DNA of 56,287 bases from Proteromonas lacertae (lineage: Eukaryota): contig NGBS01000009.1 of NCBI GenBank assembly GCA_002245135.1, positions 124,001 to 180,287 of the forward strand, in the 5' to 3' direction. Of this stretch, positions 15,001 through 26,219 are shown in pieces. The notes beneath the pieces were generated by a model, which saw nothing but the letters and a program-made list of their open reading frames with translations, ran no database searches and was not told the origin of the DNA. A program made the position numbers and the translations under genes. How positions within the stretch are numbered: the first letter of the stretch is position 1; every line of letters starts with the position of its first letter.

Positions 15001-18000
15001 GTATTGTATTTGTATTAATAAAATGACCAAAAACGAATCTATTTTTATTAAATATACATCCAATTGATTGATCTTCAATGAAATTACTATTATTATCACT
15101 ATGAATTGTAATCACTGTATTTCCTTCAGTATTTGCACTATTTGGATAAACTGTTGTAATATTAAATGGTTTATAATAATGATATTGATAAGATTGAACT
15201 AATGTATAATTACCTGTGACTAATTCAAACAAAACTGTCTTTATATTTCCATCATCATTATTATTATCTTCATTTTCTTCAATAATTAAGTCTTCATAAG
15301 ATGGTGTATTACATGTTATTTCTCTTTCAGATATATATTCTGTTTCAATTACAACATTTCCATTAAATCTACACTTTATAGTATTATCTAAAAAGTAATT
15401 ACCTCTAATTGTTAACTTCGTATTACCATTATAAGCACCATATACTGGAGTATAATTATAGAATGTAAAGTATGGTATATATTCATAGATCATTCCTTCA
15501 CCAGTATAATAATCATACATATTATTACTGACACTTACATTCACTGTTTTAACTTCATTTACATTGGGAACTCTACATTGAATAGTTGTGTCATTTATAT
15601 AGTTCAATATTGGAACAATAATATCATCAAATTTACATCTAAAGTTGGAAGTATTATAAAAGCCAATTCCTGTTATTGTCACTATTGTATCACCTAATAT
15701 TGTGCCATATTTAGGATACATTGCTGTTGGTTGAATATGAATTAATCTTTCATATATTAAACTATTCTCACTGTAATCTTGTTGATTATTGGATACTGAT
15801 ACTGTTATAATACTGGGTGGTCCTTGGTTTACTTTACATTGTATTAAACTATTCGTTATGAAATAAGCTTGAACAGGCTTGTCCATATCAAACCTACAGA
15901 CTAAATAAGGTGAATTAACGAAAGTTTGAACCTGAAATATAAATCATATTATCACCTGTTTCATCACCATAATTTGGTAATAATGTATGAATAACTACTG
16001 GATTGTAATAAGTGAATAATAATTGATTATCTGTTGGATATAAATTACCATCTACATATAATAACAACAATGCAATTCGTGGATAATCAACTGGTGGTGA
16101 AATACACTGTATTTCAGTATTGGATATGTATTGTCCTTCAACTGTTGTATTATCAAATTTACATACATAACTGGAAGTTTCTAACAAAATTTTCACCATT
16201 TATTGATACTAAAGTATCACCACTAACAATACCTAATGATGGAGTAGCTGTAACAAATTTGAACAAATTGATATAAGAATACTCGATTCCTGTTTGACTA
16301 TAATCTTGTCCATTAATAGTAACATCAACAACCACTTTTCCAATAGAATGGGATGGTGAATAACACATAATCACTGAAGCATTAATAAACACGGCATTTA
16401 CAATAATATTATCAAAACTACATCTTAATGTATCAGTTGATATAAACTTATAGCCAGTTACATAAACTGGAGTTCCACCAATCATTGGTCCTTCAACTGG
16501 GAATATCTCATACAATGATAAATAGTTATAATATTGATAGATTAAACCTGATTTAAACTGTTGACCATTGTTTGAAACACCTACTGTAACATATGATGGA
16601 TATAATGATGGTGTATAACATTCTATTATATTTGAAGATATATAATTTCCTTTGACTATTACAGTGTTGTTGAATATACAGGATAATTCATTAGAATCTA
16701 TAAAGTTATTACCATATATTGTTATTTTAGTATTTCCTTCAGATGTACCTATTTTGGGGTATAATGATTCTAATTCTATTATATTCACATATAAAAATTC
16801 AATTCCAAAATTATCATAGTTATAATCATTATTGGATATATAAATACCAACTTTCCCTTGTTGTCTATGTTCTGGGGTGATAATTTCAATTTCTGTTGAT
16901 GATAATATAGTAAATATCACATATTCATCATTCATTTTTATCTTCACTTCATTTTCATCAAAATATTGACCAGTAATAATCACTTTTGTACCTCCAGTAA
17001 CTGGACCATTCATTGGACTTATAGCGAATAAATGTGGTAGATTTACATTCATATATTCTACTGTATTGGTATATTGGAAATGATTATAGGTAAGTGATGG
17101 TTCTGATAGATAATAAGGTGTAAATGATGGTGTTACACATTGAACTAATGTTGAATTCATAATAGTTGCTGGGATTGTATATGGTTTAAAATAACAATAT
17201 ATTTGTTTATTCATATCATCATCATCATCAATATTATCAACTGTAAATGATATTAATACACCTCCTGTATAACTACCTTTATTAGGATATATTGATTGAA
17301 TGATTGGATATTTGATGAATTCTATTGTATATTTATAACTCTTATCATTTTGGTTAATTATTCCATTATTTGAGACTATTAGAGTTATATTCATTGGCTC
17401 GTTTATTATTGGTGTTTGACAGTGTATTAATCTACTATTGATATAAACAGCTTTTGTTTGTTCAGTTATTTCATTGTAAATAAAGAAACATGTTAAGTCA
17501 TTTGAATTAACAAAATTATCACCAGAAATTGTAATATTTAATACTTTTCCAATTTCTCCAATAGATGGAATAACACTATAAATAATCTCACTTTCTGTGA
17601 ATGTAAAGTAATTATTATAATTAGTAAACTCATAACCACCATTTATACTAACTTCAACAGCATATCTTTTAACTTCAAATTCTTCAAATTCTACATCTTC
17701 AATAGATGGAGTAACAAATTCTATTTCATAGTCAGATATTAACTTTCCTTCTACATCTATTGGATTATTCAATCTGTCAATTCTAACAATAGGAATATCA
17801 TTCTTATAGTTATTAATAGAATAACTGTCTTTACTACTACTATCAAATCCACTTCCATATATTCTCACTATTGTTCCTCCAGTGATTGGTCCTTGTGTTG
17901 GTTCTATATAAGATACTATTGGATCATTAATATAGTGATATATTAAGCAATTAACTGATGATTCTGGATGTGCAAAAGTATCTTGTAATGTATATCCAAT

Positions 18001-21000
18001 ACATATATAAACACTATCTTTATAACCTAAATATGGAGAAACACAAGATATGTATGTTTCATTTATATAAGTTCCAATAATTACACTATTATTGAAGTAA
18101 CAATAGATTGTTGTATTGATAAAGTTATTTCCTTCTATTTTTACATTACTATTTCCTAATATCGAGCCTTTATCAAACCTTAATGCAATTAATGTAGGAT
18201 AATCATAATAATTGATTTTCAACTCATTTGAATATTCTATTCCATTGTTTGACATTGAAAATGCATAAGTACCTATATCTAAAATTGGTAATTCACATTG
18301 CATCATATTCTTACCTATATAAGTAGCTGGAATAATGATATTATCATCAATCTTACATCTAACATCAGAATTTCGTATAAAATTATAACCATAAATTACA
18401 GCAGTAACAGCATTTGTTTGTTTATAATAAATATAAGATGGTTCTATATTCAATACTTCAGGTAGTAAGTAATATAAAAATGAAAATGGTTTACTAAACT
18501 GTTGATTATTATATGATATTGATACTTCTATCACTTTGTTATTATTATTATCATTATTTTCAATCTCATTATAGTTTGGAATAATACAAATTACTGTTTT
18601 ATTATCAACATATTTTAATGGAACAACAATAGTATCAAATCTACATACGCTTCCTTCAATATTCATGAAATATTCACCTGTGATTTTCATTGGATAATTA
18701 CCATTTATATTATATAACTTTGGATAATAGGATGTAATTATTATATTATCATAATAATAGAATTGGAATGGTGTTTTCAGTATTTGTTGGTAAAAATGTA
18801 ATTCTATTCTTACATATCCTGCTTTATGTGATGGTGTAGTACACTGTATTATTGTACTATTGATTCTATTGGCTATTGAATCATAATTATCATCAAACAC
18901 ACATTTATAATTGTCTTTATTATCTTCAAAATCTTCACCACTTATTGTTACTACTGTATTACCTTCTGAAGGTCCAACTAATGGAGAAATTTCATTGATT
19001 TTTGGTTTTACAATATAACTAATTATTAATTCAGATTCACTCTTTATTGTATTGTCTATTAATATACTAATAGGGCAATTTATTGGTCTTTCAAACCTTG
19101 GAGTTTGACATGTTAATTTATTATCACTTATATATATAGCTGGGTAGATTAACGATTGATCATTGTTATAAATGCATTGATATTCATATTCTCTATCAAA
19201 ATTCATTCCATTTATTATCACATTTATATCTTTATAATCATCATCATTTTTCATTATTATTATTTTGTTTGGATTTACTGAATTTAATACTGGACTTGAG
19301 ATGATTGTAAGGATAAATGGATCTGTAAATTGTTGCAGATTATTGGATATTTCTAATGTAATATCACCTACTTCAGTATATTTTGGAACTTCACACTGTA
19401 TTTGTCGAGATGAAATGTATTTTGCATGAATTATTATTGTTTTATTAAATCTACAAGATAATGAAGGGACATTTAAGAATTTATATCCATTTACTGTTAT
19501 AGTTGTCTTTCTTCGAGTATCTTCATTATTTTCATCTTCACCATTCACTATTGAATGTTTTGGTGAAATTGAATTGATAAACAATGGAATGTCATATGTG
19601 AAATTGAAATAACTTGGACTAAAGTCATATTTATTACCTGATAAAGTAACTTTTACTGTATATCTTTCATCACTATCTCTTATTTCATGTATTGGTGGTG
19701 TAATACACTTTATCATTGTATTATTAATGTATTCAGCTTGTACTATTTTTTCACCAATCTTACAATATATTGGTTCTGAGAATTGTTGTCCTCCAATAGT
19801 CAATTCTGTATTACCAGTGATTGGTCCATTCGGTGGAGATAAATACAATATGACTGGGGTATGATATAATGTAACAACTAATGGATCGGTAAATGTAATT
19901 CCATTCACAGATACTTTAACATTTATCTTATCAATAAATGAGAATTTAAGTGAAATACAATCAATTCTGTCTTCAGAATAATATTTAGCTTTTGTAGAAC
20001 CAACTAATTCATTATTATTATTATTATTATAGAAGTAACAACTATATCTTGATGAATATGGAAAATATCCTTTAATCATCAACACTGAACTACCATTAAT
20101 TGGAATAGAATCAGGTATAACTGATTCAACATTATAATTCTTAATTGAATAAATACCAAAATGATTTGAAACAAAATGATTGGTTGAATTCAAATACACA
20201 TCAATCATTTGTACATTTTCAACACCATCAAAATCACATAATACTTTATTATGGTCAATAATCTCAATATTATCAGATGCAATACCATTTATAACACATT
20301 GTAATGGTAATTTGAAGTTATTTCCATTGATTATTAACTTATAACTTTCATTAATCACTACATAATATGGTTCAATATTATCAATATATGGAATCATTCC
20401 CACTCTTTGGCTGAATAACATTTCATGAGTAAAATTGAAAGTATCAATTAATGATTCATTCTTTACATAATCTGTAATTTCTAAACTAAGAATTTCGTCT
20501 TGAATATAACTACCATTTGAACTTATTTTCAGGTTTTTGAATGCTTTGTTCAAGTTATCAATTCCTGTTATAAACTTCATTCTTGTATCTTCTACTCCAT
20601 CTCCTATTAATTCAGGACAACCAAAGTTTAAACATTCATAATAATCTAAAGTAACTGTTGAATTGATTTTACCTATAATTCCATAAGTTATATTATATAA
20701 ATCACTTGATAAATCACTATCAATATCTTCAAATACATATCCAGTCATATTATAGTTAAATAAATCTTGATACTTCATATATACACTTATTCCTCCATTT
20801 AGTACATGTATTTGTAATCTACAAGTTGTAGTTGTTATTACATTATCTACTTCTAACTTATAATCCACTGTTGTGCTATATATTTCATCACTTCTATCAT
20901 CAATCAGACTAATAAGTGTGTTTGGCTTATAAATAAGTGATTTTCCTAATGGTATATTTCTTATTGGATATTCTGTAACTTTGGTATTATTTAAATAATA

Positions 21001-22537
21001 TAATTCACCTTTACTTGGTGGATTTTCAATGTAAACGGTTAAATTCGTTCTTCTGAATGGATCAGTACCGTTAAACTCCAATACAACTTCATCATTTCTG
21101 GATATATAATATTTATCACCAATTGGTGCAGTACTTTTAACCCATTGAGGTCTCATTAAATCTCCTTTATTAGGTGGATAAAAATGTGCAATTTGTCCAC
21201 TAACTATACCAGTTACTGCATCATATGTATCAATATCATAACCTTCATCAAATGAGTAATAAGCAATAATTCCTTCAGTATAAATTGATATTCTATTCAT
21301 TATTAAATCTGCGATTTCTTCATTATTTAATTTTCTATTGAATATGATTAATTGATCTAATTCTCCTTGAAATGGGAATATTCCACCTCCACTGCTACTG
21401 CTGCTACTAGCAATATCATAAGATGAACCAATAGTAATGGGTGTATTTGAATTATAGTATATTAATGGAACATTCCACTCATATTTCTCAGATAATAATC
21501 CATTTATATATAACTCAATAGTATGAGAATCATAACTCACTATTATATGACTCCAAATATTGGCTTGAAGCTTGCTATCACGTGGTTCCCATTCTATAAT
21601 TTGTCCATCTGATGATTGTAAATGGATGTGAAATTGAAAATCATTATTACTTAAATAAGATCTATATTATAATAAATAAATATATATAGATATAGATATA
21701 GATATACATTGATATTTTATATTCACAGTTATTTGAATCAATTCCTTTCTCGATAATTGTACCATCATTAGAGGATATTGCTGGCTTTATCCAAAACGAG
21801 ATTGTTATATCATTATATTCGCTTAATTTGGTTATTTCATTGATTCTTAGAAATCCTATTGAATCAATACCTCCGAAGTATAATGCATATCCTGCTGTAC
21901 CTGGTACAGGATCCTGACGATGATTGGTGGTGGTTCTGATGTAATTCAAGTCATCAACTGTCAATGCTGTGGGATATACAAAAAAACTGTCAATTACACC
22001 TATGAAACCTGGTGATATGTATATTTCTGATCCTACTACCATTGGCTCTATACCCCATGCAATGTCTGTGTCTTTTTCTACATATTTTCCATCCACAAAA
22101 AGTAATGTATGACCTATATTGAGTTATAAACGAATATAATATATTAATATTAATTATATACCTCTGCTATACACTACTGAAACAAAAGACCACTCACTTA
22201 CTCTCACACCTTGTATATTCACCGAATCAGCGTACCATTTGGAGTCCTTAATACATAGTGTTTGATATTTGTCAATACTAAAAACACAATATCCTCTATC
22301 TTCTTTTTGTGCTGATTTACCAGTTACTCTCATATCAGCCAACACCCATGCTCCAATACTAATCTGTTCGAGATTTGGTACTATGCCAATAGCTTGAGAA
22401 CTACCATTAAATTTGTAAGCCACCAATGAAGGTATTCTACCACCTGTAGTTTCACTCATCCCATCTAAAGATGGACTTATATTAGTATAGGCATATGAAG
22501 TTAATAGTATTAATAAAAATAATATTAGGCCCTTCAT
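1..22537 (-). CDS. Giant secreted/surface protein: signal peptide, 2 LamG/ConA-like domains, about 60 tandem IPT/TIG domains, then Cys-rich GCC2/GCC3 (ephrin-receptor-like) repeats; 3' end outside the window
   Basis: ATG at 22537 gives MKGLILFLLILLTSYAY (signal-like). Introns 22161-22114 and 21707-21662 join the ORF-track pieces in frame. The repeats follow P..GP..GGT.V.I.G..F...C.F....A...s...I.C.tP....V.vS.Ngq.y. Single extra bases occur at ~16182 and ~15920. The frame at 15919 matches the open frame at the left edge (...YRQYYGSSYKLTGKT), and the ORF track reports no stop in between. CP.G.YC repeats lie at ~230-1930. Confidence 0.9.
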
Positions 22538-22649
22538 CTCTCTGCAATTTTTGATACGTTGCCTCGAGCCAAACTTCATTTAATCATTTTTTTGTACCAT
22601 TAGAGATATTCCATAGTTTTAATTTATTTCACAACCGCATATTACAAAT

Positions 22650-24010
22650 ATGAAAAACCGATCGGTTGAAAATGGGAGGATTCTAAGTTTAAGTCCCTCA
22701 TCCAGGTTTGAAATAAAAAACTATTCGGAGAAAGTGAAAGTGGTAGAAATTCTAAAATTGCCTCATATACAAGAGTCTATGGTTAAGTTTGGCAAAGATG
22801 GAGCTTTGTCTGTTATGGAAGATTGTGAGCTTCCGCCTATTGAAAAAGAATTAGGAGAATGGTACAATGAGTGAGGAAAAGAAACTGAATTTTATATACA
22901 ACATACTAAACCTAGTAGAACATTTTTACCTATTAGGACTTATAAATGGTAATTTAAAGCTTTCAAACATCCTAATAGATAAAGATGGTGCATTATGTAT
23001 AAATAATTGCTTTTTGGATGAATTACTTTGTACATATGATAAATATATTCATTTCAATTTTGTAGAAGCAATTATTATTATCATATATCAAATATTGGAA
23101 GGATCTAATTTGTTTGCTAATAAATCTCTATATGAGATAGCCAAAATGAAAGTACAGACTTTAAAACCAACTTCTAAACATTTAGAGATAGAAAATCTTT
23201 TACTCTCAAATAGTTCCAATAAACTGTTTGAGGAATTACAAATAGAATTTTCTACTGTTTATGATGATTGGAAATATAAACCTACAATGGTTAATCTATT
23301 TAAAGACAATGATTTCTACTACAAATTCTATCATATATTTGATCCATATACTAGTATTATTTTATTTTATTTATTTTATTTATTTAGCTGATTTAATTCG
23401 TGAAAGAATAAGAGAAAATAAAGAGGAAGGAAGACATGAGTTGAATCTAGATGCTTGTATAATTACATAAATAATAATAATATAATGATTATAATAGATG
23501 GTTTGAGTTTTACAGGAACAGAATTTCTATGTGATAATTTACAGAGATTATGTTTTATTAGAATATTATATTTAGAGAGTAATTGGATCAAAGATGATTC
23601 GTTTAAACTATTATGTGATCATTTCAAAGATATTGATGAATTAGAAGCTTTATTCATATATAGTATATTATTTTATATTTAATATATTTATTATTAACTA
23701 GAAAACAATATAACTGATGTTGGAGTGAAGTATTTTTCAGAGAATTGTAGTGTATTGCACAATTTGAAGAAATTAAATATGGGATGTATGATAATATTAT
23801 TATATTATATAGATAATGAGTTTAGTGATGAAGGTGGTAAGTATTTGGCGTTAAGTCTTACAAAGAATGTAATGTTACAGACATTGTGGATATATCGTAT
23901 ATTTTATCTGTGATATATAATGAATAGAGAATAAAATACAACATCCACAAGAAATAAAGTCTTTAATATTAGAAAAACACCCTAATAATAAATTAAGCAT
24001 ACATATTTAA
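22650..24010 (+). CDS. Degenerate protein kinase-like domain followed by RNI-type leucine-rich repeats
   Basis: Catalytic-loop remnant LINGNLKLSNILIDKDG (no HRD, no clear DFG). LRRs include RILYLESNWIKDDSFKLLC, KKLNMG-YNEFSDEGGKYLA and QTLWIY-QNKI. Introns 23354-23387, 23457-23497, 23663-23701, 23786-23812, 23897-23927. One +1 break near 22863. Stop TAA at 24008-24010. Confidence 0.7.
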
Positions 24011-24139
24011 TTATTAATCTAATTTGATTTTAATATTATCCTATTTTTTTCATGTTATTGTGTATTGGAGATTATCTAATTATGATTAGAAGTTTTTAAA
24101 AATCTGGGGTATGAAAAAAGAGTGAACTTTTTTAAAGAA

Positions 24140-25900
24140 ATGACTCTATGCACTTGTGGGATAGATTTAGGTACTACATTTTCGTGTGTCTCTTTTTCTA
24201 GAGATGGTATAACTGATATAGTACAAACTGACACAGGAAGATCAACAACATCTTCTTGTGTGTCATTTTTTAATAATAATATAATTGTTGGTGAAGCTGC
24301 TAAAGCAAAAGCCTTTAGTAATATAAAAAATACAGTTTATGATGCTAAGAGGATGATTGGTCATAATTTTGATGAGAAAGGAGTTCAAGAAGATATGAAA
24401 CATTGGGGATTTGATGTCCAAAAAGGTTCAAATAATGGATGTTTAATAACAGTAGAATATAAAGGATCTCCATATTTAATCACTCCTCAAGAAATATCAA
24501 GTCATGTTTTAAGATATATAGCAGATAACGTGCAAATAAGGTGTGGTGTACCAAATGGATCAACTATTCATGCTGTAATTACAGTTCCAGCTTATTTCAG
24601 TGATGAACAACGAAGATTAACAATAAATGCAGGTGAATTGGCTGGATTGAATGTATTACAAGTAGTGAATGAACCAACAGCAGCAGCTATTGCATATGGA
24701 TATAAATATTTTGTAGAACACACCGATAGAACAATATTGGTATATGATTTTGGAGGTGGAACATTTGATGTAAGTATAATCGAAGTGAAGAATAAGAACA
24801 TCACAGTAAAAGCGACAGGTGGAGATACTCATTTAGGTGGAGAAGATATAAATGAAAATCTATTGAATTATTATATTGAAAAACTGAAGAAAAAAGATGT
24901 AGATATTTCAAAGAATAAGAAGAAATTATGGCAATTACGAAAAGCCATAGAAGAAGCAAAGTTATTTTTGAGTGTTTCAGTAACAGCTGAAGTAGAGAGT
25001 AGTACTTTAGAAGATAATGATATAAATACTGAATTAACCAGAGCTGAATTTAATAGAATCAACAAAAAAATATATGAAAAAACAATTGATATAGTAAAGA
25101 AAGTGATAAAAGAGAGTAGGTTAAAGAAGAATGATATAGATGATATAGTATTAGTTGGAGGAAGTAGTAAAATTATTAAAGTTCAAGAATTGTTATCTGA
25201 TTTCTTCAATGGAAAGAAATTGAATAAAGATATAAATCCAGATGAAGCTGTAGCTGTAGGTGCTGCAATTTTAGCAGAAGATATATTAAGAGGTGTAAAA
25301 GAAAGAAGAAGTTATGATGGAAGAATGGAATTGATTGATATATCGACAGGTGAAATTCTTAATCCAGAAGATAAAGCTATGAAAATATTAGATGGAAAAA
25401 ATGAAATAATAGATTCTTCATCAATATATGAAAAAGATGTTTTTCATAAAATCATATTACCAATTTCAAAACTTAGCTCATATAGAAAAATTGTAATTAG
25501 TAATGGATATAAAGTGCCAATAAAACCTAGTAGAGGTAGAACAGTTCTGGTATATGACATATTACAACGTAGTATAGGGTTTGCTGACTTCTACGGTGGT
25601 TTTTATAAATTAATAGAGAAAAATTCTATCATTCCTTGTGAAGGATCTATTGATTCTGATAATGCTGTTGAAAACGAAAAGGAAATTCATATAAAAGCGT
25701 ATGAAGGAGAGGATAAAAAAGTTAAAAACAATAGATTCTTACATGAATATGTAATTGGTAATCTTCCGCCCTGTAAAGCTCATGAAATAAAAATGATAAT
25801 AACTTTTAGCGTTAATGCAAATGGTATATGTAATGCATCTGTAGTTCCTGATAATAAAAAATACTTTAAAGATGTTAACTTTTCATTCAGTATAAAATAA
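24140..25900 (+). CDS. Atypical, C-terminally truncated Hsp70-family protein
   Basis: Motifs GIDLGTTFS, AVITVPAYF, VNEPTAAAIAYG, VYDFGGGTFDVS, GDTHLGGED, IVLVGGSSKI and INPDEAVAVGAA are present. Partial substrate-binding beta domain; no lid or EEVD; intronless. First ATG is at 24140 (the ORF track starts at GTG 24122). Confidence 0.93.
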   Translation: MTLCTCGIDLGTTFSCVSFSRDGITDIVQTDTGRSTTSSCVSFFNNNIIVGEAAKAKAFSNIKNTVYDAKRMIGHNFDEKGVQEDMKHWGFDVQKGSNNGCLITVEYKGSPYLITPQEISSHVLRYIADNVQIRCGVPNGSTIHAVITVPAYFSDEQRRLTINAGELAGLNVLQVVNEPTAAAIAYGYKYFVEHTDRTILVYDFGGGTFDVSIIEVKNKNITVKATGGDTHLGGEDINENLLNYYIEKLKKKDVDISKNKKKLWQLRKAIEEAKLFLSVSVTAEVESSTLEDNDINTELTRAEFNRINKKIYEKTIDIVKKVIKESRLKKNDIDDIVLVGGSSKIIKVQELLSDFFNGKKLNKDINPDEAVAVGAAILAEDILRGVKERRSYDGRMELIDISTGEILNPEDKAMKILDGKNEIIDSSSIYEKDVFHKIILPISKLSSYRKIVISNGYKVPIKPSRGRTVLVYDILQRSIGFADFYGGFYKLIEKNSIIPCEGSIDSDNAVENEKEIHIKAYEGEDKKVKNNRFLHEYVIGNLPPCKAHEIKMIITFSVNANGICNASVVPDNKKYFKDVNFSFSIK

Positions 25901-26219
25901 ATATTCTATCCAATGATCTATATATTCACATAAATAATAATAATTAAGTTAAATACAATTTAAATATTATAAAAAATAACAATTTTCAAAATAGAAATGA
26001 AAATGTAATTTTTATGTAAATTACCTAAAAACAGTTTAAATTTATTTTTTGATTTTATCGTCAAATAATCATAATTTAAGTGAATAATATCGATTTTAGT
26101 TATGCAGCAGACATTTTTAACAGGTTTAGATGATGCATTTGTCGCATTACTCAAATATGAAACACCAGTATTAATTAAAAGCTTTAAATCAATATTAGGA
26201 TAAAAAAGCAAGAAAAGAA

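Noticed and set aside
1950..20400. Periodic repeats as a CRISPR array, satellite or mobile element
   Set aside because: The periodicity is at protein level (IPT/TIG); there are no identical DNA repeats, terminal repeats, transposase or RT motifs.
21670..21707. (TATATC)n / (TA)n repeat
   Set aside because: Simple microsatellite inside an intron.
25960..26211. 83-aa minus-strand ORF
   Set aside because: TTG start, AT-rich intergenic composition and no motif.
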